From contig JAUCBJ010001139.1 in assembly GCA_032718475.1 (NCBI GenBank), positions 27,256 through 91,255 of the forward strand: a stretch of DNA of 64,000 nucleotides. The letters run 5' to 3'. This DNA comes from Nemertoderma westbladi (lineage: Eukaryota; Animalia; Xenacoelomorpha). A program made the translations under genes and the position numbers. Positions 11,981-25,132 of this stretch are shown here, one piece after another. The first letter of the stretch is position 1. Every line of letters begins with the position of its first letter. The notes under the pieces were generated by a model that saw only the letters and a list, made by a program, of their open reading frames with translations, had not been told where the DNA came from and made no database searches.

Positions 11981-13319
11981 GATAAATAATAATTACATCA
12001 TCATAAATTCACCCAAATATGCTGACTCTGTTGACTGTTAGCACAGAGCCAGAGCCTGATATTATAATGTTTTCAGTTACTATCGCCCTCGAATTCAGAC
12101 CCAGCTACTAGAAATAGGCCGCGCCCCGCCTTATGTGAATTTCATCAGTATACCGAACTCGTTCGAGACAGAGTGTCGCTATTTAATAGCTACCTCCGCC
12201 CTGTAACAGACCCAGCTACTAACTATAGAACTATAATTAGGACGCCTTCATACAGAACACGTTGCCATTTCATAATGACTCTAAACTGAAGCTACACAAA
12301 GGAAAAGGTGAGAAATGATTATCTAATAATAACACACAAAATCCGATTATTATACATACTCCTCCTTTTAACAAAGCCGCATTCAACTAACTCCCTTATT
12401 ACGTATTAGCCTGTGCTGTATCAATGCCTCAGTGGGTGGTCTTTACTACAACTGAAAGGCCCGACTCAGCTCCAGGTAAGTTAACAATCTGTCAATAATA
12501 AAAATGAAAGCGAGCCGACATTTAGTCAGAGCAACCAAATGGATGTCCAAGGAGACGGGCTGTCTGGACTTGACTGAGTCGAGTTAAATCGCTTCGCCAA
12601 AACGACCAAGTAGCCCATAGGAATACACTACATTTTTTTTGGCGATTTTGGTCATTTTGGCCGCCAAAACGACCAAGTTAATGTTTATTGGGATTGGGAC
12701 TGTATATACTGAAGGATAGACTGTATGCTACTGTACATTATGTAGGCTATGTCAGTATGTAGGCCTATGTCTGTATCTACGCTCTATTTGCAACTTTATT
12801 GAGTTCTCCCTCTGCAATTTTGCGGGCTTGGGACCGTTTTTTGAGTTTTTTGAACACAAAAGGCTGCATTACAAGTACAACTCATAAGATTGTATTGTAA
12901 TAGGGGCAGCTACTCTCTGACAGCTAGATCAGGCCCCGCTCAATGCATGGCTCGCCCCACAATCAGACAATGCTTTGTTTTATTTTGCACATCATGTGCG
13001 CCCCTCTAAACGATTTGAACTACACTTGGATACACGTTTTGCAAGCGTTTCTCACTCGTTTGTACTCTGTTGTAGGCCTACTATTTTTGCACTCTTTTGT
13101 ACTATTTTTGCACTTTATTGTACTCTTTTGCATTCTTTTGTACTATATTGTACTATTTTGTATATTTTTGTACTTTTTTGTACAAATTCGTCGGACCCGC
13201 TATAGCCAGATAGCTAATGCTGTAATGGTATTGACAATCAGACAATTGACATTCCTTAGTTTGTTAGTTTACCGGTCTGCCGGCAGTACTGTAGTTGTAG
13301 TACAGTAGTACATAGTAGG

Positions 13320-14133
13320 TAGGGCTCGATCGGAGCTCCGGCCTCCGGCTCCGGCTCCGGCCATTTTGGCACCTCCGGCTCCTGCTCCGGCTCCGGTAAA
13401 AATATTGCCGGAGTTAATTTTTTAATAAAGTATTATATTTCGTGCATATTCTAATCTGAACAATTATTTAACACTATAAGTAGGCCTACTGTAGTACAGC
13501 TTCAATATCAAGTATAATCTGACTGTCTGATAATACTGCAGTATTTACTTAAAGTCAATGACTGGCTGACTGTACTGCAGTAGGCCTACTGGTACTGGCC
13601 AGCTGGCTGACTAGCAGACTATTACAGATAGGCCCTACTTTAAAAAATTGTAAATGCTATGATTGTACACTGTCAGACTGTACCACTGCAGCCATTTACT
13701 GCTGTCAAGCATGCCAGCATACTGTACTGCAGTACCGGTACACGTACGGTAGGCTACCTACAGTACACACCTCTACCACAGTTAGACAGTTAGCGAGTTA
13801 GGTACCGGTACTGTAGGTAATTTTTAGCCGTCAGCGTCAGGCCGTCGCCGTCAGCATCAGGCCATCGCCGTCAGCGTCAGGCCGTCTGTCCGTGATAAAT
13901 TAATTATTAAAGTTTAAATTGAAAATTCGTAAATCTATAAATTATGAAATTAATTAGACCTACAGTATGATTGATTATGAGCGATTGGCGAACGATAACC
14001 ATACTTTATTTTTTTTAAATAAATAATTAAATTTTTAAAATTTTTGAAAAACTCCTGCTCCGGCTCCGGCCAAATTGTCCAACTCCGGTTCCTGCTCCGG
14101 CTCCGGCCAAATCCCAACTCCGATCGAGCCCTA
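13320..14133. mobile_element. Non-autonomous hAT element
   Basis: TIR TAGGGCTCGATCGGAG; 8-bp TSD ATAGTAGG at 13312-13319 and 14134-14141; CTCCGG subterminal repeats. Confidence 0.92.
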
Positions 14134-14283
14134 ATAGTAGGCCTACTTAACATTAACATACTGACATAGTCTGACAGTACTGCAGTAACAGCCAGACAGC
14201 CTGGAAGATTACAAATTACAGTACCGATACCGGTACAGAATTAGCTCTACTACCTGTCTACTGCTGTACTGGACTGGTTGAAT

Positions 14284-15884
14284 GAGGTAGAATAAAACGT
14301 CTGTCCTTATCTGATCTGATCTGATCTGATCTGACAGCATCTGATTCTATAACCAATCAGGAGAAAGATATATAATATTTACCTAACTGTCTGTTAGGTA
14401 AATAGCCAATAGCTGAATAGGGGATCACGTTTCAGGTTGCCTGTTACGTATCAGTATCATCATATGAAGTAGCAGTACAGGCATATCGGTATGCATCTAA
14501 TGCACAAAGGCATGTTATTATATATTAAAAATGCGATATACAGTAGGATGAAGGATGGTGGGTATGTAAGTTGTGTGATTGTCCCAGCAAAGATGGATAG
14601 TTTCAGATGTAAACAACTTTCGTAGATTTAGTCTGTTAGTTGGTGTTGAAACAATAAACTTTTATTAAAAACAATACAGCATTTGCTGCAATATTTTTTT
14701 CGTAAATCTTTCTTGTTAATAGTTATCATTATTAATAGTTAAAGTTAATTATATTAATTATAATTAATATTATTAATTAAGTACGGTAATGATTCTTATT
14801 AATATATTACATTTAAAATATGTATGAAATTTAAGAATTTTATTAATTTTACTATTTATTAAAGAATATGGGAAGGTGGATGGGAATGTGGGAATTTATA
14901 AACACTTATTACCTTCCAATTGAAGGAAAAGAGCAGGTTACAGCGGCTGTAATTTCTAACCAAAACAATAAACGACGTTGTTACCTACAAATTGGGAAAG
15001 GAGCAGGTTACCGAGACAGGGTTTTCTAACCAAAACAATAAACGATTTTGTTACCTACCAATTGAGGGAAAGGAGAATATGTTACCGCGGCGGCTTGTTT
15101 ACACAGTTACACCCGTCACCTTCTTACTAACCGTCCTACTGACTGATCAATAGATCATCCCCCTCAAAAAATAAAGGACATCGCGCACGCGCATAAAGCA
15201 CTTAATAAAGATAAATTTAATAAAAACGAATACAATAAAAACAAGAATAAAAACAATAAACGAATTAGTATATGTGCAGGTCACTGTATAAGACATAAAT
15301 AAGCTCTATAATACACTCAATAAAGATAAATTAAAAAAGAATTAAAATCTTCAAATATAAAATTCCAATAAAAGTCGACCGAAAAGTGAAATCCTGGTAT
15401 CTTCACATGGGCGGTATTCTTCACATGGACCGACACCAAAATTTGGCACCAGCCGCTAAAAACAAATTTAAAATTTCTAGCTTATTTTATTTGAATTCCT
15501 TTTAGTTCGTTTCAGTTAGTCTTTTAGTTAGTATCGTTAGTTTCAGAGCGGGAAGTATTATATTGACACCCCCCCCCCCCCCCCGGGTTTAAGGGGAATA
15601 CCGGGGAAACTTCACATGCTGACATAGGCAGAAAGTCCAGTACTCATTTAGCTACCATTTAAGGATGCAAGGCAGAGATGCCTCGCTAAACCCTTCAAAA
15701 CATTCGTGCCGAAACGAAAACTACCTTGGCCCCATGCCGGGGTTGAACCCACAACCTCCGAGAGATGTGAATTCAATATAACCACTACACCAAGGTGCGC
15801 TCTGAACCAAGGTGGAACAAGTGTCAGATACCGTCAGATCAGATCAGATCAGATCAGATAAGGACAGACGTTTTAGCCATCCTA
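14284..15884. mobile_element. Non-autonomous TIR element with about 10-bp TSD (Mutator-like)
   Basis: About 60-bp TIR containing taaaacgtctgtccttat(ctgat)n; CTGGTTGAAT at 14274-14283 and 15885-15894. Confidence 0.82.
15600..15800 (-). mobile_element. tRNA-derived SINE
   Basis: Minus strand has A box TGGTGTAGTGG and B box GGTTCAACCCC; body shared with 30954-31110. Confidence 0.75.
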
Positions 15885-16046
15885 CTGGTTGAATGGCAAC
15901 TGGTATAATCAGATAATAGCAATGAATAGGTAGGCCTATTCATAATACTGTAATACCGGTACTATAATAATACTGTAATAATAATAATACTGTAATATAA
16001 GATCTGAAGATTGTAGAATTGTTATTGAAATACTGAAATAGGCCTA

Positions 16047-19000
16047 ATGGCTACCGGTATTAGAGAAAATGAAACTGAGATTTATGTTACTCTACCACAA
16101 GGGGAGCGCGTTACTGAAATTGTATCCGCAAATATACCAGTGATGGATATACTTATTCATTTAAGTAAGAAATATTCCTTAATACCAGCCGAATATTATT
16201 TATATTGTGGTGATGATACTTGCAAAACTCGCCCAAGCGCTAATATTACATTGACAACATGCAATTCAACTAACTTTCATATTGTCCCTCGAAATAATGA
16301 AATCCAGAAAAAAGTTAAAACTCCAGGATTCGAGGAGTCAGTTAGACTTCAGGTTATATTCCCAAATACTTCCCGACTTTTGTTTCGTGTAAATCCAAAA
16401 ATTCCAATTGTCGATAATATCCTTCCAGTTGTTTGCGATCGCAAACAATTAAACCCTATTGATTGGGTATTTGAACTGCCGTCTGACCCTGGTAACCCGA
16501 TTAACTTGCAGTGCTGTTTAGACGATTTCCAGACAAGGGAATTAGTCCTTACACAGCGGATTTCAGTATCTACCAGTAGTTGTACCCCAGGCGAGGATGA
16601 TGAATACTTCGGATCGATCGCAGGACCTGGCCAACCGATCTCCCAACCCTCGATGTTGCCTATCCCAACTTATCGGGATCATCGATGTTCATTTAGTTCG
16701 GGAATCGAAGCGCCGGATCTGGAGAGAAGATCCGAAGGTGAGTCGAGTGATGAGTGTTTACAACGCCGTTCAGTGAGTATGAGTAACTTGAGTCAGCCAA
16801 AGAAAGATAAAAAGAAGCTCAAATCTTTTCGCAACTGGTTTCCTTTTTTTCACAAGAAAAAGACAAATAAATCTAAACTGAAGGATATCCCGTTAAACTC
16901 GAGTAGTCTACCCCGACCGGGATCATTGGGGGGCGTCTCCAGAACATCTTCCACCTCTTCTAGTATATATAAACGAAACGTCACCCCTTCACGCGCTAAA
17001 TATCGCAATCCCAGCGTCGCAGTCTCCACTCCAGATCTACTCGGGGATTCAGACCGGGGGAGATTGTCTCTGGAATCGCGGCCTGAACCAATTGGTGGCA
17101 GCGGAGATATCCCCTTATACGCGGGGAATTCCTGGCATTCAACCTCAACAAAAGTTACCAAGAAGAGACAGGCGCCGCCCCCACCTGTCCTCCCTTCTTT
17201 AGACACGAATAAACCTTCAGCTAAAAGTTGCACCTCAATTAGTGATAATTTCCTTGCGAAAGTCTCCCATGGTAAAGGAAAGGCTCCAGCCCCACCAATC
17301 AATCGCCTCAATCGTAAAAGTAGAGCGAAATCTATAGACGGTGCTGATATTGTCTCCTCTTACTTCCCTTTAGCCGCCCCCAGTAGGACCCCTCGCATGG
17401 ACTCGCCACCTACATTCGAGCCCCCGCCCCCGCCTACCAGCGACCCCCCCGGGGAGCCCCTCTCTATCCGTAGACTCCACGCTACCGGCCGGATTGCCGT
17501 CCACATGTCCCAGGAGGATATCAACAGCCTCGGACTGTCCGACAGCGTCGGACTGTCCGACAGCGTTTCCCTTTCCTCTCGTGACTCCCGAAGCGACGAC
17601 GACGACTCGTTCGACGGCGTTTCGAGTTCGACGATTAGCGAGACGCAGTTGGGGTTGGAGTTGGACAATGTTATCAGGGAGGCCGAACGACTCCTCGCCT
17701 CCAGACAGGAGGCGATGGTGCAGACCGACGTCTCGGTAAACCTCCTACATCCATCTGTGTTTTTTCCTCCGATGTCTCTTCCAACCGAATCTCCTTGTCT
17801 TCCGTTGGATGCCGTCGATTGTCTTCCGACTCCGGGCGGTTCCGTCGATACGGACGCGTCGACGCCGACCAGACAGTCTCCGGACATCAGTGACACTCCC
17901 CAATACGAGACTCATAAACGGAACTCTGTAGTTATAAATAGCGGCGCTTCCGAAATACTCAACATTATTCAAGTGAAACATAACGAGACTTTCAACATTC
18001 CGAAAGTTGATTTAATTTATTCTACAGACTATGTTGTACCGGTAGCGGCCACCGATATCCTTCCGATTGTTCCTCTTAAAGAAGCGACACTGACAGACGC
18101 GACAGGGATCCCGCCGCCGCCGGGGTTCATAGATGATAATAATGCGCCACCGGAGGGAACCACTACGCCACCCGATGGCGCCACTTTTCCACTGGATGAC
18201 GCCACTTTGCCACTTGATGGTGCCACTTTGCCACCCGATGGCACGACTTTGCCACTTGATGGTGCCACTTCACCGTCCAATGGAGCAACTTTGCCACCCG
18301 ACGGCGCCACTGTGCCACCCGATGGCGCTACTGTGCCACCCGATGGCGCTACTTTACCACTGGATGGTGCCACTTTGCCAACAGATGGCACGACTTTGCC
18401 ACTGGATGGTGTCACTTCACCGTCCCATGGAGCCACTTTGCCACCCGACGGCGCCACCTTACCACCCGATGATGCCACTTCGCCTGTTGGCGAAGATTCC
18501 TTGTTGTTTTCCTCCAAACATTCCGATTGCATTCCGACTAACCGCTCTCTGTCTCCCCAACTGGACTGTTTAACTGACGACGGCAGCACAACGGTAGAGG
18601 AAGACGCCGATAATAGCGAGTATATTAATAATAGAGTCGATCCAACGCACGCCGCGTCGCAATCGCCACCGGTGGTGGAAGAGTGCCGCACAGATCACCT
18701 GGAATCGGCACCCAAAGATGATAAGTTTCGCGTAACTGCAAGTAACACGGACTACTTCCAGGACACGTTGAACGACGTTTCCGATAGCGAGCTGCGGTCG
18801 GACAACCAGCTGGGTGACCCCGCGAAACCGTTGGTTAATAACGGTTTCATCGGGAACGGCGTAGTTACGGATATATACGATATATTCGGCGAGGGAGTCC
18901 AACCGGGGTCCGAAGGAATAGTCTCCGAGGTAATTCCGACAAAAACAATTAGCTACAAACGCAGTACTCGCGAGAGAGTTACGAGTGATAGTAGCGTCGC

Positions 19001-19943
19001 ACCGCCTAGCGTTATTATTAATACTGTAATTCCACCTTCTATGGTGGAGGCGGAGAAACAGCGGTCTTCCCGCAGCGGAAACGTCGCTAAACGTATCGCT
19101 ATGTTCCAATCCCGTGACGTTTCCTCCATGGAGTTACCCGAGTCTCAACCAAATATAATCTCCACTGCTGACGAAACGGAAACGCTTGTGGATGTTGTTT
19201 TGTCTACGAAGCAACAGACCTCAGATACTCTGGATCAGCAGCACTCATTGCGATCGCAGTCCAATCCGGTGGCACCACACTCAGCAGCACCACACTCTGT
19301 GGCACCCCATACGGTGGCACCACATACGGTGGCACCCCATACGGTGGCACCCCATACGGTGGCACCCCATACGGTGGCACCCCATACGGTGGCACCACAT
19401 TCAATAGCACCCCATGCGGTGGCACCCCATACGGTGGCAGCACATTCAATAGCACCCCATGCGGTGGCACGCCATACGGTGGTACCACACTCAGCAGCAC
19501 CACACTCAGTGACACCCCATGCGGTGGCACCACATACAGTGGCACCACACTCAGTGAAACCCCATGCGGTGGCACCACACTCAGTGACACCCCATGCGGT
19601 GGCACCACACTCAGTGACACCCCATGCGGTGGCACCACACTCAGTAGTGCCACCCCATCCCATTCCACCACACTCAATGTTAGCCAACCGACAGACCCGT
19701 ACACCCGAGGTTTCCCCAATGCGGCACCACTCCTTACTAGACACCAGCAGCCCCCAGACTGTCTCCCGTCCCACACAGAGACGCAACTCATCCTCGGCCG
19801 TCATCAGCGCCCCTCCACCTTCGCGTGCGCCCCCTAGCGGCAGACCGCTGAAGGACGACCAACTGTTGCAGCTTAGACGCCGTTCTGGGGGTGTGGCGGC
19901 TCTAGCACTGCAGTTTGCCGACAGAAATACCGACTCTTTCTAG
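16047..19943 (+). CDS. Cordon-bleu (COBL/COBLL1)-like protein, single exon, 1298 aa
   Basis: N-terminal ubiquitin-like Cobl-type region (PVMDILIHL, EESVRLQVIF, RVNPKIP); KRAP-type motifs KKRQAPPPP and KGKAPAPP; WH2-like C-terminus DQLLQLRRRSGG; uninterrupted 3.9-kb ORF. Confidence 0.78.
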   Translation: MATGIRENETEIYVTLPQGERVTEIVSANIPVMDILIHLSKKYSLIPAEYYLYCGDDTCKTRPSANITLTTCNSTNFHIVPRNNEIQKKVKTPGFEESVRLQVIFPNTSRLLFRVNPKIPIVDNILPVVCDRKQLNPIDWVFELPSDPGNPINLQCCLDDFQTRELVLTQRISVSTSSCTPGEDDEYFGSIAGPGQPISQPSMLPIPTYRDHRCSFSSGIEAPDLERRSEGESSDECLQRRSVSMSNLSQPKKDKKKLKSFRNWFPFFHKKKTNKSKLKDIPLNSSSLPRPGSLGGVSRTSSTSSSIYKRNVTPSRAKYRNPSVAVSTPDLLGDSDRGRLSLESRPEPIGGSGDIPLYAGNSWHSTSTKVTKKRQAPPPPVLPSLDTNKPSAKSCTSISDNFLAKVSHGKGKAPAPPINRLNRKSRAKSIDGADIVSSYFPLAAPSRTPRMDSPPTFEPPPPPTSDPPGEPLSIRRLHATGRIAVHMSQEDINSLGLSDSVGLSDSVSLSSRDSRSDDDDSFDGVSSSTISETQLGLELDNVIREAERLLASRQEAMVQTDVSVNLLHPSVFFPPMSLPTESPCLPLDAVDCLPTPGGSVDTDASTPTRQSPDISDTPQYETHKRNSVVINSGASEILNIIQVKHNETFNIPKVDLIYSTDYVVPVAATDILPIVPLKEATLTDATGIPPPPGFIDDNNAPPEGTTTPPDGATFPLDDATLPLDGATLPPDGTTLPLDGATSPSNGATLPPDGATVPPDGATVPPDGATLPLDGATLPTDGTTLPLDGVTSPSHGATLPPDGATLPPDDATSPVGEDSLLFSSKHSDCIPTNRSLSPQLDCLTDDGSTTVEEDADNSEYINNRVDPTHAASQSPPVVEECRTDHLESAPKDDKFRVTASNTDYFQDTLNDVSDSELRSDNQLGDPAKPLVNNGFIGNGVVTDIYDIFGEGVQPGSEGIVSEVIPTKTISYKRSTRERVTSDSSVAPPSVIINTVIPPSMVEAEKQRSSRSGNVAKRIAMFQSRDVSSMELPESQPNIISTADETETLVDVVLSTKQQTSDTLDQQHSLRSQSNPVAPHSAAPHSVAPHTVAPHTVAPHTVAPHTVAPHTVAPHTVAPHSIAPHAVAPHTVAAHSIAPHAVARHTVVPHSAAPHSVTPHAVAPHTVAPHSVKPHAVAPHSVTPHAVAPHSVTPHAVAPHSVVPPHPIPPHSMLANRQTRTPEVSPMRHHSLLDTSSPQTVSRPTQRRNSSSAVISAPPPSRAPPSGRPLKDDQLLQLRRRSGGVAALALQFADRNTDSF
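18145..18485 (+). repeat. 21-bp coding minisatellite (PPDGATL-type 7-aa repeats)
   Basis: ccacccgatggcgccactttg variants, about 16 copies. Confidence 0.9.
19268..19675 (+). repeat. 15-bp coding minisatellite (HTVAP-type 5-aa repeats)
   Basis: catacggtggcaccc variants, about 27 copies. Confidence 0.9.
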
Positions 19944-20465
19944 CCGCTTTCTAGTCTTTCTAGAGCTTCCTAGTTCTCTGCTTTACCTATGGCAGCGCGC
20001 CTGCTGTTGTGCATAATAATAACATAGTTTATATTGTAGTTCAAGTTTCAAATAAATATATACAAAATTAACATATAAATATTGTACAGATGTAGTTGAA
20101 TGAAGTTATCAGATACACCATGTCGTTCTGGAATATAATATGTTAATTCAGTGACCTTCCCACCCCCACCTCAGCTTATTTGTCTACAAATCTAAAAGAT
20201 AGTTTCACCTCACAACTTAATGAAAGCGAAAATAAAAATTCTGGCTCACCCAGAAGGAGGGGGGAGGTGAAACTATCTCTGCTTCAAATTTCATATAATC
20301 TCATTAATTGTGGCCTTTTTACAAATTCTGAACTGAATTCAAAATACGATTTAATTCAAACTATCTACATTTCAAACGTGCTGTGATTTGTTACAATTAG
20401 TGAGGGAGACCTTAAATGCAACACTATATTCCAGAACATGGCGTAAATGAAACGGTATGGGTATT

Positions 20466-20673
20466 TGAGGCCATTTGAATAGTATATTGTGTCAGGCAAT
20501 TTAGTTGGAATTCCACCCCAGCCGTATTTTTTTGCGCAAAGTTTCAACCAAACACACCCACACTTGCACCTCACCCATCCCTCTGTCTGTGTGGTGCGCC
20601 ATTTAGTTTGGTATCGTATTTCACTCACTTTTTTGCCATTTGTTAAAATGTAACTACTATTTGAATGGCCCCT
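20466..20673. mobile_element. Degenerate PIF/Harbinger-like MITE
   Basis: gaggccatttgaatagta ... tactatttgaatggcccct inverted ends. Confidence 0.5.
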
Positions 20674-22994
20674 TTACTTTGTTAAAAACTTAGTTTGTAA
20701 TTCCGAAATTCTTGAATTTAATCAATTATAATTAACCTTCCGCACATTAAGGACAATTTATATTTTATTTTTTTTTTATTTATTTTATTTTGATTTTGGT
20801 CTGTAATTTTATTGTGATTAAGGGATATAAATTTTATATCTTAGAATGTTTTTAATAATTTATATTTTTTTATGTACCGGTGTCTCATTGGATTAATTAT
20901 TAAGTATCAATGTTATACAAATAGCCCTAAATGAAAGTGGAATAATGCAGATAGTTAAACCTTTTAACTGTAATTAATAATCGTGCCACAATTAGTAATT
21001 TCATAATTTATATTTAATTAATGCTGTTGTTTGATATACAAATTTACTGAACTCAATGAAGTGATTTTTATGATAATTATAAAAATATTATCTATCTTGC
21101 GGAGATATGTAAATTATTATTCACTGTATATATATAGTAATTAATTACCTATATAGGTTGTTTATTTCATTTTGGTAACAAATTATAACACGAGTGAGGC
21201 CTTCGTGCAGCAAAAGCTGAAAGCCATCTTTGCGAACAATTATAATTATACTATGGCTACTATAATATAGTATATGGTTATATTATTGGCTTCCGACACA
21301 CACACAGTGACACACAGACTTTTAGAAAACGGCCTTAGTTTAATTCTAACAGTTCGCTGATGGCTCGCTGTTTTGACTCGCCCCACAAATACATTTCCGC
21401 TATAATTTATTTGTAGCTCGTAATTATTTTTCCATGGCACATCTTTTAATAATTTTGGCACGTGAATTAATATTTCTGGCAGATTTTTTTCACAACGTTT
21501 GGTACCGTTAGTTAAAATAGTTTGTTGTTAATCAATCATCTATTGTTTTGGTTACATAAGTCTGCTTATTTGTATTAATATCGTTTCCCCCCAATTGATT
21601 AAATTATTTTCCAGTATTATAATAGAAACATGTTCCGTTTCTCTTTAATAGAATACATACCAGCAAAAATAAATTATGTGCCAGTATAATTAAATATTGT
21701 ATGCCAGTTTAATAAAAAATGTGCCATTTTGATATTATTCCTTTAAACTGTGCCACGTTCAGTATTTAACATTAATATTTAAAAAAATATTAAATATTCA
21801 TAATATTAAGAAGAGAGGCAATTGCTTTCAGTTTACGATAACTCATTGTTAACGTCTTGATAGGCCGTTTATAAGTAGAATAGCCTTCAAACCGTATCCT
21901 TCAACCGTGGTTTAAGGGGTTTGTTGTTGAAATACCGGGATCTGAGCAGAAAGTGTCAATCAGCCAATATCCCCAATCCAATGAATTTCAGTATTTCCTT
22001 ATGTTATTATTTATGAAAGTCTTGTTATGGTTATAATGCCGGGCTGAGTTGTAATCCTGTCTGACGTAATGAAATGAAACATTATCAATATAAACTCCTC
22101 AGGTGTGGCTCATCCTGGTCCCCATAATGAAAACGACACAGTTTATAGGGATAATTACACTTTTTTCAGCCAAATTTATTCTGAGTGTAAAATAGAAATA
22201 CGACTGATTAAATTTATGAAATTAAAAAAAGACTTCCACAAGGTTTATCGTTCAGAGCAATAAAATATACCATACACAGGGACAGAAAGTCAAAGACTCA
22301 ACGATGGTTGTCGTGGTACAATGGTCATAGCAGACTGACAAATTGACAGTTCAGGTAGTTAATAGCAGAGGTACCGGTAGTATTTTATCAGCAAAATCTT
22401 TTAATAATTTTTTAAACTAATGTAAATTATTTGAAAAGAAATCTGCGAGCGAAACCAGCAATGTAATTTTGAAGTTATTTTTACCGGAAAATCTTGCATT
22501 TGTTTCAAATATCGATAATATCGATAGTGTACCTGTCTGTGTATTATGTCACTTCTGTACAATTTCCACCTTTTCTTTTCCCGGATATTTTCTCCCAAAC
22601 AGTGCTCCCGGGAGTTCGTCACCATTATGTTGTGTTTCTTAAAGAACCATCCCTCTTTGATGATTTCTTGTGCTGTTTTTACCGGCTGCGTTTTTTAACA
22701 CATAAAACAAGTGATGCATTTTTTGTTTCAAAAATACCGAAAAATAATAAAAAATTTCGCGATTTTTTACACAAAAAATGCCATAACTTTTTTGAAACAA
22801 AATTTCAAAGTTCTTTAACCAACACAATTTTTCCGCGGAATATTCCTCTACATAATTCTGCAAACAGAACGAAAATCGGTTGAGTAGTTAAAAAGTAGAT
22901 ATAAAGTGTCCCAAAAAAGCCAACGCGAGAAAAATGACATTTTAATTTCCTCCTGATTACAACTAACCAAACATGTAGACTTGGGGTGAAGGTG

Positions 22995-23026
<32 letters not shown>

Positions 23027-24924
23027 TAAATCCTTATTTTGTTTAATGGCGAATCCGAATAAAGGTAAGTTCTGACTTGTCAAGTTATAAATCTGTATAA
23101 CCGTAACCGGTTTTATAACTATAACCGTATTTCCCTAAGTAATTTAATTACCTATTTCAAGCCTATACACTACTTAAATAATTAAACTTATTAAATAATT
23201 AAACTAATTAAATAATTAATTAGCTCTAAATACTCTAAGTAGGCCTACCTGTCTTTTTATAATAATTTACTTGTCATTAAGTGACAAACAAAAATGCTTT
23301 TACATCCAAACAAAAGGGAAATCCTGAAATTCCACTGTTCTTATCCGATTCCCACTACTTTCCTTTACTGCACTCTGTTGCTTAAAAGCAACACGGCTTA
23401 TTTTGCGCCTCAGAATTACAAACGAACCTGTAAATAATTTGCAATAATACATGTAATAGGTGCAGGATATACAAAAAATTCCGTTATTATTTTGTAAAAT
23501 AAAATTAAAAAATTATAAAATTATCGCAGGAATAAAAAAAAAGCCGAACTAAAGACACACTTAGGCCTATAATCTAAAAATCACAATTATCTTTAACAGT
23601 AGGCCTATTAATGAACGGTAGATTTTTTTGCCCTATATTTTTTACTCTTTTTGCCATATATTTTTTACTTAAGGGGGGGGGGGGGGGGGGGGGTAACACC
23701 CCCAAACATCACATTTTTGTGTCTCTGGACCATAAATTTGGGTGGAAATTATTTTTTGTGCTACTAAACATCGTCTGGACTGTGTGAGAATAATCAAACC
23801 AAATATTTTTAAGATTGGCCCCAAAATGGCTTCGTAGTGGCCAAAGGTGTCTTTTTGCGCCAAGGGCTATTTCTCCACCAATACTTGTTGAAATTTGGAA
23901 TATAGGTTCAGAAGAACCCTGCATCCAATTCTTCTGAACAAATTTTGCCTCAAATGCTCTGGAGCCGTTTTAATACAAAATGGCCCCAAAAAGGGGCCTT
24001 TTTGGGCCTTTTTGATATAAAAATGCTTCAGGTCATTTCCAACCAAATTTGTTCAGTAGAAGTATGGAGAAGGGTAACCTTAACATGTGTACCAAATTTC
24101 AACTCATTTCAGTTAAAATTGGCGGAGAAATAGTATTTCCCATGAAAAAACGTCATTCTGAGATATGGGTGTTTAAAGTTTAAGGAACAATTCAAACCTT
24201 CCCGCTATTTTAGATAATACCATATTTCTATGTTCAACAATAATTTGTCAAAAATGAACGAAATTCAACGAATTTTTCACGCTTGTTAAACATATAACTA
24301 GTAAAACAACATTTATAGAATTTTAATCATATCTGTACCGTGATAGCCTTTTTTATGAAAATAGCCCGGTGGCTCAAACTCACGAAAAGTGGACAAAAAA
24401 ATTTTTTGTAAAAAAAAACAATTTCCCAAAGTATGTAATATTATATATCACCAGAAAGCTCTCGATGCGCTGAATTCAATGGTGGTAATTTCCCAATAGC
24501 CCCGACCTCATGGTAACAAATAATTGAGAAAAACTGATGTCCATTCCTGTAACACTTGTCCCACAATGTAACGCCCGATATCAGCCAATCAGAGCCCTTG
24601 AATGGCGATTTCCGGTGCCGGTAACAATTTGTCCCACCATGTAACACCAGTTGTAATTACACTGAAATGTTAAATTAACCTAGATTTCGTCTCCGAGTGG
24701 GAGCTATGCAGCCATACCTGATCCCAGTAACACCTCCCAATAAAGCTTATTTGAAAATATAATCAATCTTAATAAATCATTATGGTCCTTATTTCTGTTT
24801 ATTACTTATTATTCTATTAAGACTGTTTAATACTATGACTTTCTGTTTACTATTAAGTTTATAACTGTTATATCACTATAGCAGAGCAGTTAGTCAAAAC
24901 CTGTAAATTGTTCATCAGTTTCAT

Positions 24925-25132
24925 CTCCACCCTCCACAGATCCTCCTGTACTTCACACTCTGTCTCCCACACCCCCCACATATCCTCCTGTACTTCCCAC
25001 TCCATCTTTCCCACCATCCACAGATCCTCCTGAGCTCCCCACTCCGTCTCCCACATCCTCCACAGATCCTCCTGTACTTCCCACTCCGTCTCCCACACCC
25101 TCCACAGATCCTCCTGTACTTCCTACTCCGTC
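24925..25132. repeat. 42-bp pyrimidine-rich minisatellite
   Basis: cctccacagatcctcctgtacttcccactccgtctcccacac, about 5 copies. Confidence 0.9.

Larger units (their letters stand above)
4944..12702. mobile_element. Non-autonomous Tc1/mariner-like element with TA TSD (outer element of a nest)
   Basis: TIR CAGTCCCAATCCCAATAAACATTAACTTGGTC...GGCGGCCAAAAT at both ends, flanked by TA (4942-4943 and 12703-12704); the left TIR resumes after 11213. Confidence 0.9.

Noticed and set aside
16850-19804. Antisense and alternate-frame ORFs over the Cobl-like gene
   Set aside because: Shadows of GC-rich coding sequence and minisatellites
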